NCBI GenBank assembly: GCA_016840165.1 | Contig: JAEOSU010000025.1 | Span: 1-64,000, forward strand | Source: Promethearchaeota archaeon | GTDB lineage: Archaea; Asgardarchaeota; Lokiarchaeia; Sigyniarchaeales; SOKP01 | DNA: 64,000 nucleotides | Direction of reading: 5' to 3' | In this document: in pieces, positions 10,752 through 19,912 of the stretch | Position numbering within the stretch: position 1 is the stretch's first letter | Layout: each line of letters opens with the position of its first letter | Notes under the pieces: generated by a model | What the model was told of the DNA's origin: nothing | The model's input: the letters and a program-made list of their open reading frames with translations, nothing else | Databases searched by the model: none | Translations under genes and position numbers: made by a program

Positions 10752-10859
10752 TTGAAAGAGATGATTTTTTTCTTGATAATTTTTTGATGATATTAATTTA
10801 GAGTTAAAAATATTTAAGCTTTAAAACAAAGCTAGCTATTGAAAAAAGAAGAAGATATC

Positions 10860-11603
10860 CTAAGGAACTAATCTTTTAATCCAATTATTATTCTTTTTAA
10901 GTTTTTCGTAAATCTCCAGATTTCCCATATCTCCCCTAAATTGATTATTTCTCATCTTTAAAACACGAATTTTCCAATTCATCTTATGTAATCCAAGTGA
11001 GAGTGCTTGGGGTAGCTCAATCTCACCTCTACTAGAAGCTTTTAGACTTTTAAGAACTTTAAAAATCTCTGTTGAAAGGATAAAGATACCACAATTATTT
11101 AGTTTTGAATCGATGGTGCCATGTGGCGGTTTTTCAATAATATCAAGACAATAATCGTCCTGACATACCACTGCAGCTCCCTGAGAAGTATCTTCACTGT
11201 AATTTGCGACAAGGATAAAGTCCTGTTTTTCATTTTTATGAATAGTATATACTTTTTTATAGATCTCATAAGGCACAATTATATCACCCCAAGTTAGATA
11301 AAAATGATCATTCTTAAGTAAACTTTCACAGAGTAATAGCGCAGCACCTGTCCCATTCAACTTCTTTTGCTCAACATATTCGATATTTACTCCCCATTCT
11401 GTTCCCTTATTAAAATAATTAATAATTTGTTCTTTTTTATAGCCAACTACCATGATAATCTTGTCTAAACCAGCATAAATTAATCCATTTAAAATATATT
11501 CTAAAACTGGTTTATCATATAATGGTAGCATCGTTTTTTGGTATTGATTCGTATAGGTTCCTAAACGTTTTCCTAAACCAGCACACAATATCACTGCTTT
11601 CAA
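10860..11603 (-). CDS. Sugar-phosphate nucleotidyltransferase
   Basis: AVILCAGLGKRL, EQ-LNGTG, GD, EKP, RGEIEL. Confidence 0.9.
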   Translation of the reverse strand: MKAVILCAGLGKRLGTYTNQYQKTMLPLYDKPVLEYILNGLIYAGLDKIIMVVGYKKEQIINYFNKGTEWGVNIEYVEQKKLNGTGAALLLCESLLKNDHFYLTWGDIIVPYEIYKKVYTIHKNEKQDFILVANYSEDTSQGAAVVCQDDYCLDIIEKPPHGTIDSKLNNCGIFILSTEIFKVLKSLKASSRGEIELPQALSLGLHKMNWKIRVLKMRNNQFRGDMGNLEIYEKLKKNNNWIKRLVP

Positions 11604-11819
11604 GATACTTCAATTTGGGGCTATTTTGTGTTTTTCCTTTTAATTCAATATCTATAGACCATAATGATTGATTTCTAAAAAAGATATTATTAGGATATTA
11701 CATTTTTTTTTCTTTTTTTCCACTTAGAGTTTATTGCAAGACTCATACAGATTTTCTTTAGGTTTTTTAATTTATCTAGATAATAAATGTAAGTACTGAA
11801 TTGGAATTAGATTCATCCT

Positions 11820-12587
11820 ATGATTAAGGATATAATAATTATTAAAGACGGTTTACCATTACTTAACAAACACTTTAGTGAGCGTGGGGACTCAACAGGA
11901 CCAAATAAATCCTTCACACAAGGAGATTCTCTAATTATGGTCTCTGGTTTCTTTACAGCACTTAATTCCTTTTCAGATTCATTTGACGACCTTGGAACAA
12001 TTAGTGAACTAAAACTATCCAACAATGATTTAAAACTCTCATTCTTAAAAGATCCAAGTATTCCAAATCTCATTTATCTCGCTACTTATAACGATACTTC
12101 TAAATCTGTCAATGTTTTAAGGACGCTAAGAAAGATTGCGCAGACTTTCATGAGGAAATATGATATCAACAAGATCTTGAATTGGAATGGAAAACGAGAT
12201 TACTTTGACTCTTTTGGAGATATATTAGCGTTCTTTGTCGAGGAGGAGCGTAAAGAGCGTGAAGGTCAATTTAAAGAAAGAGTAATTGATTTATTTAAAA
12301 CCGTCGAAGATAAAATAAACGAAGAGTCGAATTTTAAGATATTAAAACATAATATTTCTGAGGATCCCAATTTACCAGAATATTGCCGAAAAATACCCAA
12401 ATTTAGTAGCCCAAAGAAAATTAATCCTAAATATTATTTAACGGGTGATACCTCGATTAATGTTTTTCATAGAATTAATGGGCGAAGATCAATTGGACAA
12501 ATCACTCAAGAATTAGAATTGCAACATGAGCAGGTTTACAATATCTGCAAAAATTTAGTTAAACTCGGGTTTATTAATTTGCATTAA
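11820..12587 (+). CDS. Longin-like N-terminal domain plus C-terminal winged helix (Asgard-type)
   Basis: IIII-DGLPL, MVSGFFTALNSF and F..Y...W.G....F..F patterns; C-terminal INGRRSI.QI..EL...V..I...L...G. Confidence 0.6.
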   Translation: MIKDIIIIKDGLPLLNKHFSERGDSTGPNKSFTQGDSLIMVSGFFTALNSFSDSFDDLGTISELKLSNNDLKLSFLKDPSIPNLIYLATYNDTSKSVNVLRTLRKIAQTFMRKYDINKILNWNGKRDYFDSFGDILAFFVEEERKEREGQFKERVIDLFKTVEDKINEESNFKILKHNISEDPNLPEYCRKIPKFSSPKKINPKYYLTGDTSINVFHRINGRRSIGQITQELELQHEQVYNICKNLVKLGFINLH

Positions 12588-12609
12588 ATAGTGACTTGAT
12601 AATTACGAG

Positions 12610-12915
12610 TTATTTCTGAACTCTTTTTTGATGTTGTTTTTTTCTTTTCCGTTCATCATCTTGTACTTCCTTATTTAATTCACTTAATGCCAGACTGTCT
12701 TTTCCTGTAAATTTGAAATTACCTACAATTTTACTTTCTTCTTTTGCGCCAGATTTACCGATTTTTTCAAAAGAAAGAGTAACTGGTATGTCTTGATTTA
12801 GGGCAAGATTAATAAAATTAATAAAGCCTAAATGTTTGCTTGGGGCGATATTGAACTTAATAACGTGCTCTTTATTCTTTTTTGAAAGGGTTTTGAGAAT
12901 CAATCGAAGTTTCAA
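12610..12915 (-). CDS. Small basic hypothetical protein
   Basis: 101-aa ORF, TTG start after GTGA SD. Confidence 0.6.
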   Translation of the reverse strand: MKLRLILKTLSKKNKEHVIKFNIAPSKHLGFINFINLALNQDIPVTLSFEKIGKSGAKEESKIVGNFKFTGKDSLALSELNKEVQDDERKRKKQHQKRVQK

Positions 12916-13046
12916 TTTCAGTCACATCCTTTATAATAATTTTTGTAATTATGATGGTTATGATTTAAACTTATTAAATTAAAAAAGTTATATTATTGAT
13001 ATAATTAAATATAATATAAAAATAAAAAGAATTTCAAGATTGCTCC

Positions 13047-13850
13047 ATGTCTACTAATTTATTTCCCTTTATTTTTAAAAATGAACGTTGGTATAATGCT
13101 GAAGGTGTTAATGAGAGCGATATAGGAGTTATTGTGGATACTGACCGTGCTATAATATGGTTTTTTGAAGGTTCGAAGAGTTCTGCTAGGAATCGAAGCA
13201 GTGCTAAAGAATTATTAGCTGAATTAAGACAAAAGTACGAGCTATATGCCTTTAAACATATTTCTAAGGACGCCCCAAAGGATATTCTAGATTATTTAGA
13301 AGAACTCAAGAGGCATGATTATATTACCCGAATTAGGCATTTCCAATATGATTTAGGGAAGATTTCAAAGTATTATTTTTATTTATGCAATATCGGATGT
13401 TTACTATTGATTATTGCTATAACTTTTTTGATTGGCTTTCTTTTAAACTCCAATACATCCTATATAAACCCTTATGATTATTTTTCCGAAAATTTTAACA
13501 GGTTTTTGGTTAATGTAAATTTCTTCTCAATATTATTAATATTTTCTTTTACAGTTTTCGTTATTACCTCTTTCTTCGGAGTAATTTTAAATAAAAGAGC
13601 CTTATTGATTTATAATTTAAGTACTAGTATATTTGTATTTATGGCATTCTTCATGTTGAGGATCTGGGATATTATTTTATATTACGATATAATTGGGAAC
13701 ACAATTTACATACGAAAAGATGTGATTTTCCTTTTCATATTCAATTTATTTATCTTTCAGATATTAGGATTATTAGTTGGCTATACTGCTGTCTTTACGA
13801 GTTTTTTTGAAAGTAAAAGAATTATAAGATTAGAATTTAAAAGTAGTTAA
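13047..13850 (+). CDS. Membrane protein with N-terminal gelsolin-like domain
   Basis: D.GVIVDT...IWFFEGSKSS.R.R..A..L pattern, then ~4 TM helices. Confidence 0.5.
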   Translation: MSTNLFPFIFKNERWYNAEGVNESDIGVIVDTDRAIIWFFEGSKSSARNRSSAKELLAELRQKYELYAFKHISKDAPKDILDYLEELKRHDYITRIRHFQYDLGKISKYYFYLCNIGCLLLIIAITFLIGFLLNSNTSYINPYDYFSENFNRFLVNVNFFSILLIFSFTVFVITSFFGVILNKRALLIYNLSTSIFVFMAFFMLRIWDIILYYDIIGNTIYIRKDVIFLFIFNLFIFQILGLLVGYTAVFTSFFESKRIIRLEFKSS

Positions 13851-13858
13851 CTTCCAAA

Positions 13859-14485
13859 ATGGCTTCCAAATTTAGGCTAAGGATTATATTTCGTCCTATG
13901 ATTACAATTCTTGCTAAATTATCAATTAAAATGGGGATTTCTCCTAACTTAGCTACTTGTATTATGTTTAGTCTTTCAATCTTTAGCCTTATATGTTTAG
14001 TGGTTTTTTCGAATCTTATATTATTTGCTTTAGGCGTATTTTTAGTGGGCATTTTCGATGGATTAGACGGGGCGATTGCGAGATTATCTGGAAGATCAAC
14101 ATCCTTTGGAGCATTTTTTGATTCAATTATGGATAGATTAAGCGAATTTGTTATATTTTTTTCCCTATTAATTCATTATCGAGATCAATTATTATGGAAC
14201 ATAATAAATCTTAATCTTGTAATTATAATATCATTTATTGCTTCGATTATGATTAGCTATATCAGAGCAAAGGCAGAAAATGTATATGAAGGTGATTTCG
14301 ACGTAGGATTAATGGCAAGATCAGAAAGACTATTCTACATTGTTGTTTCTATGATTTTTGTATACCTTTATGGATACATTGGAGAAATTTTATTTCTATT
14401 TATGGTATTAGTTATTCTTACTGCCTTATTTAGATTTTATAAAATAAACAAACTTATCAAACAGTTTGAGGAGCAAAATAATTAA
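13859..14485 (+). CDS. CDP-alcohol phosphatidyltransferase (archaetidylinositol phosphate synthase-like)
   Basis: DGLDGAIAR...GAFFDSIMDR signature, SYIRAKAE. Confidence 0.92.
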   Translation: MASKFRLRIIFRPMITILAKLSIKMGISPNLATCIMFSLSIFSLICLVVFSNLILFALGVFLVGIFDGLDGAIARLSGRSTSFGAFFDSIMDRLSEFVIFFSLLIHYRDQLLWNIINLNLVIIISFIASIMISYIRAKAENVYEGDFDVGLMARSERLFYIVVSMIFVYLYGYIGEILFLFMVLVILTALFRFYKINKLIKQFEEQNN

Positions 14486-14490
14486 AGAGA

Positions 14491-15216
14491 TTAGAGAGAA
14501 TGGGAACTTAATTTATCTTTAGAAATATCAATGATAAGTTTATCTCCATCGTTAAGATGAAAATAATCTCTAAGATAAGGTTTTGCTAATATCTCTATAA
14601 TGTTTTCTTTATGGTGAGTACGCTGAATATCTAAAATTGCTGCTTTTCGCTTATTATTTTTATCATCCATTCGGGAGATATAGACATCATAGCATTTTAC
14701 AGGTCCATACTCTCTATTTAAATCTTTAAATCCGTCAATGATAATAGGAGTAATATTTTTTAGCTTTTCTCGTAAAAGTTCAATATCTGTATCACTTAAT
14801 CTTAAATTTAATGTCCCTTTATATGGTTCAAAACCTAATTTTTCTTTAAATTGTTGATAATATCCTTTTATAGAAACATAGTAGCCTCCTTCATGAATAC
14901 CTTCCGTTACCTCCCCAATAATCAAGATAGATTCTAATAATTTCTTTAGTTCCTTATATATCATTAACATGATATTCGCCCCTTCTTTGGTAATAGAAAT
15001 TTTTTGAGTTTTGCCAGTTATCTTCCGTTTTATCCAACCTAATTGTTCTAAATCATTAATTCTTCTACTTCCAGTTTGTTGACTTAATCCTAAGATCTCT
15101 CCAAATTTAACAGTACTTATTTCAATATATCTACGTTCTTTTGCCAAATGGCATAACTGATATAAAGCAAACCAATTTGCATAATTATCCGGCGATATAT
15201 CTCCACTATTATTCAT
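14491..15216 (-). CDS. ribK: CTP-dependent riboflavin kinase with N-terminal winged HTH (RbkR-like)
   Basis: SQQTGSR HTH, G.HEGGYY, LGFEPYKGTLN, RTHH, LR..F.L.DGD. Confidence 0.9.
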   Translation of the reverse strand: MNNSGDISPDNYANWFALYQLCHLAKERRYIEISTVKFGEILGLSQQTGSRRINDLEQLGWIKRKITGKTQKISITKEGANIMLMIYKELKKLLESILIIGEVTEGIHEGGYYVSIKGYYQQFKEKLGFEPYKGTLNLRLSDTDIELLREKLKNITPIIIDGFKDLNREYGPVKCYDVYISRMDDKNNKRKAAILDIQRTHHKENIIEILAKPYLRDYFHLNDGDKLIIDISKDKLSSHSL

Positions 15217-15228
15217 TAACTTACCAAC

Positions 15229-15669
15229 TTATTTGGTATAGGTATCAATGATTTTTTTTTTAATTAAACTTGATGAGTTTAATTCAAATTTATCATAAAA
15301 CGAATTTAATCTTCTAACCTCAATACGGTTAAGTCCTATCTTATTTAAACCTTCTTTTAAAACATTTAAATCATATTTTTGATTTGGACCCAGTAAAATT
15401 ATATCAGGATTAATTTCCTCTACAGTTTTAAGAGTATTATTATCACTTCGTCCTAAAACTGCTTTCTTTACATATTTTAAATTACTAATAACTTCTAATC
15501 TCTGTTCTTGTGGAACAATTGGAGGTTCTCCGGAGTATCGCTCTCTATTTTTATCAGTAGAAACTACTACATAGACATCCCCTAATTTAGCAGCTTCCTT
15601 TATTAAAAAAATATGGCCTGGATGGACAATATCAAAGGTCCCTGCTATCATGACTTTTTTTTTCGACAT
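15229..15669 (-). CDS. ribL: Archaeal FAD synthase (cytidylyltransferase family)
   Basis: GTFDIVHPGH, PDIILLGPNQ, SSS; adjacent to ribK. Confidence 0.85.
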   Translation of the reverse strand: MSKKKVMIAGTFDIVHPGHIFLIKEAAKLGDVYVVVSTDKNRERYSGEPPIVPQEQRLEVISNLKYVKKAVLGRSDNNTLKTVEEINPDIILLGPNQKYDLNVLKEGLNKIGLNRIEVRRLNSFYDKFELNSSSLIKKKIIDTYTK

Positions 15670-15726
15670 GTTTCTTCATAATTTTACCATTATACTTCAG
15701 TTATAATTCTAAACGAAAATCTAACT

Positions 15727-16344
15727 TCAATCTTTTTTATTTTTTTCTATACATTTTTTCAAATCGTTCATTTGCAAAGAAATGGATATATCGCCCCTAG
15801 TCTTTTCAATTAAAGAACGAGCACGATCTGTTTTGGGTCTTAAATCTTGAGTTATTCCTGCAGGGTAATCAAGAGAGAATAAATTAGTATAAATTTCATC
15901 CATATCTTCTAATATTTGATTTAATTCTGATAATTGAGAATTTCTTATATTATCTAATGCATATCTTCTTAATTCCCCAATAACATCCGCTAATCCGAAA
16001 GCATAATTAAGTGGATCAATATTTAATTGACTAGGTGTAGGTAATTCTTGTTTGTTTACAATCGCATAAAAAGAAACAGCTTCTGCATATTCTTGCTCTG
16101 GAGTTTTTAAAAACTTTACGAAAGCGCCTGGTTCTAGATTAACCATTTCTTTTAATTCTGTGTGAGTTTGTTTAATCAAGCTTATTTTCTCATTATACAG
16201 GTCAAATTCCTTTCTATGAATATGCTTTATTGCATTGCTACAATCACGTATTATCGAACGAGTCTTGGGTAAGATTGTTTCTCGACCTTTATCTAATTTA
16301 TCTAAATTAGTTGTTAATTCCGAAAAAATTTTTATAAGATTCAT
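15727..16344 (-). CDS. Translin/Trax (C3PO) family protein
   Basis: QEYAEA and GLADVIGELRR motifs, LR.K.D..R. Confidence 0.85.
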   Translation of the reverse strand: MNLIKIFSELTTNLDKLDKGRETILPKTRSIIRDCSNAIKHIHRKEFDLYNEKISLIKQTHTELKEMVNLEPGAFVKFLKTPEQEYAEAVSFYAIVNKQELPTPSQLNIDPLNYAFGLADVIGELRRYALDNIRNSQLSELNQILEDMDEIYTNLFSLDYPAGITQDLRPKTDRARSLIEKTRGDISISLQMNDLKKCIEKNKKD

Positions 16345-16470
16345 ATTTGATGGGAAATTTTTTAGTAAAAATTAATTTAAATTTTAGATTTATTTAATCT
16401 ACGAAAGTATGTAAAATATTTAGAATTTTTTATTAAAATTAGCTTTTAAAAAATAAGGTAATGAGTTGTT

Positions 16471-18531
16471 ATGAAGATTTTATTAATCCATTCTGAAGGT
16501 GTTGAAGTTCATAAACACAAACCAGCCACCAGTGCTCCACAGGAGTTTTCAGAAGATGTTATTAGAATGGAAGGTTTAGTACTTGTAGCGTATGTATCTG
16601 TTGAGGATCAAGATACATATGATATAAATCTTATTGCAAAACAAGGAGCAGAGGTTATCGAAGAGGCTATTTTACAAATTAATTCTTTTCCTGATAAAGT
16701 GAGAGAGAAAAATGAGGAAATACGTGAATATAATAAAAAAATTGAATCGGGGAAAATAAAAGGAAAACCAAAGAAACTTGTAGATTTAATTAAAGAGCGA
16801 TCCCTTTATCGTGTTGACAAGGTTTTGGTATATCCTTGGGCACACTTAAGTAAATTTCTTAGTAATGAGCAAATTGCTATGGAAGTATGTCCAAAAATAG
16901 CGAAAAATTTAGAAGAAAGAGGTATTGAGGCAAAATTTTCTCCATTTGGTTGGTATAAATCATTTGAAATCAATTGTTTAGGTCATGAATTAGCAGAGAT
17001 GTATAGAGATGTTAGACTAGCTATTAAACCTGAAGAGCAAGTCAAAAATTCAGTATTTAAAATAATAACACCATCAGGAAAGGAACTTGATCTAAATTTT
17101 GATAAAGACCAGAAGATTATTGTACCAGAAGAGATTAAAGATAAAGATTATCACGTATTCCTTAATTCAGAATTAGGTTCCAGAGTAATGAAGAGAGCAA
17201 TTGAACCAGCCCATATAAAAGTTATGAAAGATTTTGAATTAATAGATTTTGATCCCAATACTGATGCTGGACACTTCAGATGGTATACAAAAGGGATTAT
17301 TATGAAAAATCTGATGAAGAATTACATTGAAGAGAGACTAATAGATTATGGGGCGATTCTTATTGATACTCCTGTTATGTATACTGTAAAGAATAAGAAA
17401 TTAACAGCACAAACGGCTCGATTTCCAGCAAGAAGTTATTGGGTTGAATCTGGAAGTGATAGATATCTTTTAAGATATGCCTGCGATTTCCTCTTATTTG
17501 ACTTGTTTTCTCAAATGAATTTGAAGCCACATTATTTTCCGCTGAGAGCTTATGAATATGAACAATATGCGTTTCGGCGAGAATTAGAAGGTGAAGTAAG
17601 CGGTTTAAGAAGATTACGGGCTTTTATAATGCCAGATATGCATACGCTATGTAAAGATCTTGAGTCTTCTATTGATGAATTTAAAAAACAGTATGATTTA
17701 ATCAAGAGCCTTGAAAATGATTTAGGGATTAAAACTTACGTCATATTCAGAACAACTCAAGAATTTTATAAGGAAAATAAAAACTGGATTATTGATTTAA
17801 TCAAATCGGAGCAACATCCAGCATTAATAGAACTATGGGAGGAAAGATATTATTATTACATTTTAAAATTTGAAAGAAATGTTCTTTCAGCTCAAGGTAA
17901 GAGTGCAACATTAGCAACTAATCAAATAGATGTAGAAAGTTCCTTAGAATATATGTTTGATAATGATGGTGTTAAAAGACAGAAATACAATATCTCTTTT
18001 ATAGATACTGATGGTCAAGTAAAACATCCAATAATTCTCCATAACTCTCCAACTGGCGCTATAGAAAGGATTTTTTGGGGATTAATTGAATCAGCAATAA
18101 GAAATAAAGATCAACTTGTACCTGGATTTAAAACATGGTTATCACCGATTCAAGTGAGAATATTGACTATAAGTAATGAACAAAACGATTATGCAGAAAA
18201 GATATTAGATATCTTAAACCGGGAGCCCTATAGAGCAGATTTCGACGATAGAGATGAAACAATCGGAAAAAAAATCCGTCAAGCAGAAATCGAATGGATA
18301 CCCTACACGATTATCATAGGAAACAAAGAATTGACCAATCAAACAGTTTCTATCAGAAAGCGACTTATTGGCAAACCATTTGGACCAAAAAAATCTACAA
18401 CAGAACAAATTAATGATGTGAAATTAAGCCGATTATTGGAACTATTAGAAGAGGACACGAAGCAATTCCCATCTTATAAATTACCTATCCCATTTCGAAG
18501 GATGTCTACTAAAGTATATTTTAGACACTAA
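16471..18531 (+). CDS. thrS: Threonine--tRNA ligase, archaeal type with N-terminal editing domain
   Basis: MKILLIH, YPWAHLS, PFGWYK, GLRRLR.F.MPDMH, ILH.SP.G..ER, anticodon domain. Confidence 0.97.
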   Translation: MKILLIHSEGVEVHKHKPATSAPQEFSEDVIRMEGLVLVAYVSVEDQDTYDINLIAKQGAEVIEEAILQINSFPDKVREKNEEIREYNKKIESGKIKGKPKKLVDLIKERSLYRVDKVLVYPWAHLSKFLSNEQIAMEVCPKIAKNLEERGIEAKFSPFGWYKSFEINCLGHELAEMYRDVRLAIKPEEQVKNSVFKIITPSGKELDLNFDKDQKIIVPEEIKDKDYHVFLNSELGSRVMKRAIEPAHIKVMKDFELIDFDPNTDAGHFRWYTKGIIMKNLMKNYIEERLIDYGAILIDTPVMYTVKNKKLTAQTARFPARSYWVESGSDRYLLRYACDFLLFDLFSQMNLKPHYFPLRAYEYEQYAFRRELEGEVSGLRRLRAFIMPDMHTLCKDLESSIDEFKKQYDLIKSLENDLGIKTYVIFRTTQEFYKENKNWIIDLIKSEQHPALIELWEERYYYYILKFERNVLSAQGKSATLATNQIDVESSLEYMFDNDGVKRQKYNISFIDTDGQVKHPIILHNSPTGAIERIFWGLIESAIRNKDQLVPGFKTWLSPIQVRILTISNEQNDYAEKILDILNREPYRADFDDRDETIGKKIRQAEIEWIPYTIIIGNKELTNQTVSIRKRLIGKPFGPKKSTTEQINDVKLSRLLELLEEDTKQFPSYKLPIPFRRMSTKVYFRH

Positions 18532-18565
18532 ATTAGATAATCAAGATTGAGGTTTATAGATAAGG

Positions 18566-19195
18566 ATGAAAATAAAATGCGTCATTTTTGACTTAGGAGA
18601 TGTTATTGTGGATTTGGATTTCAGTCGATTCTTTAATGAAGTAATTACACCCTCCCCTCTTAATAAACCTCATTCATCTATTTATTTAGAATTTTTTAGG
18701 CAATCGGATATATATCACCAAGGGAAGATATCTGATGAGGAGTTCTTTAAACAATCGTCTGAATTGCTCGAATTAGAAGAAAAATTGACTCAAAAACAGT
18801 TCTTTGAAGCATTTAATAGTATAATTTCAAATCTTAAATACGACGTAGTAGATATCGTAAAAAAAATCAGGCAAAACAACCATGTTAAAATTATGAGCAT
18901 GTCAAATATTAATGCCAGTCATTGGAAGTATTTAAAAAAACAAAATTGGGATATTTGGCAATTAATTGATGAATTTATCCTTTCCCATGAAATTCAAATG
19001 ACTAAACCCGATCCAGAAATCTTTAAGTATGCGATAAGGAAAGCACGATGTAAACCAAGAGAAATAGTTTTTATCGATGACGGTTTAAATAATATAAGAG
19101 CCGCTCTTGAACTTGGATTTAATTGTATCCGTTTTACAAATTCCGAGAATCTTATAGTGGAGTTAAAAAAGCTAGGAATCAAATTAGGGATTTAA
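18566..19195 (+). CDS. HAD family phosphatase
   Basis: IFDLGDV, SN, KPDPEIF, FIDD..N. Confidence 0.9.
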   Translation: MKIKCVIFDLGDVIVDLDFSRFFNEVITPSPLNKPHSSIYLEFFRQSDIYHQGKISDEEFFKQSSELLELEEKLTQKQFFEAFNSIISNLKYDVVDIVKKIRQNNHVKIMSMSNINASHWKYLKKQNWDIWQLIDEFILSHEIQMTKPDPEIFKYAIRKARCKPREIVFIDDGLNNIRAALELGFNCIRFTNSENLIVELKKLGIKLGI

Positions 19196-19203
19196 AAACA
19201 GAT

Positions 19204-19719
19204 TTATTCAATAATACTGTCTAAACAGGCCCTAGCAATCTTTTTAAAGGCGACCTCAACATTTTCTCCTGTCTTAGCAGAGGTTTCTAAATATTCACAG
19301 TTTAAACGTTTTGAAAGATCTTCAGCTTCGCTTTTTTCCACTTTTCGCTCTAAATCTATCTTGTTACCAAGTAATAACATAGGTATTGATTTTTTAACGG
19401 TTTTTTTTATGCTACTTACCCACCCAGGTAATTTCAGTAATGATTGTGGACTTGTCACATCATACACACCTAATGCAGCATTGCTTCCCTTAAAGTATAT
19501 AGTTCTTAACTTGCTAAATTGCTCTTGTCCTCCAATATCCCATAATAACAACCGAACATTCTTATCCTCAAGTTCTACATCCTTAATTAAGAAGTTAGAG
19601 CCAATAGTTTGCTTTAAATCGGGATTAAAGTAATCTTTGATGTACCTGATTAATAAGGAGGTTTTTCCAACTCCACCAGGACCAAAGAGCGTAATTTTGA
19701 ACTTATAAGTCTCAGAAAT
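19204..19719 (-). CDS. Rab/Ras-like small GTPase; full length ~171 aa with a probable ATT start
   Basis: Frame extends upstream of the ORF-track start to YKFKITLFGPGGVGKT (G1), TIG (G2), WDIGGQ (G3), GNKID (G4), TSAK (G5). Confidence 0.9.
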   Translation of the reverse strand: MSETYKFKITLFGPGGVGKTSLLIRYIKDYFNPDLKQTIGSNFLIKDVELEDKNVRLLLWDIGGQEQFSKLRTIYFKGSNAALGVYDVTSPQSLLKLPGWVSSIKKTVKKSIPMLLLGNKIDLERKVEKSEAEDLSKRLNCEYLETSAKTGENVEVAFKKIARACLDSIIE

Positions 19720-19912
19720 AATAATAACCTCTAATATAATTGAATTGAACGAGTAATTAATTATGGTTTTTTATATTTGTTATATTATCTTACGGATATT
19801 TATATGTTTAGAATTATGAGTTCTTGACTAATATAATATCATATGAGAAAACATATAAAAAAATAAAGGAAGAAACACTAAAGTAATCTCGAATCTTCTC
19901 ATGGAAACAAAA

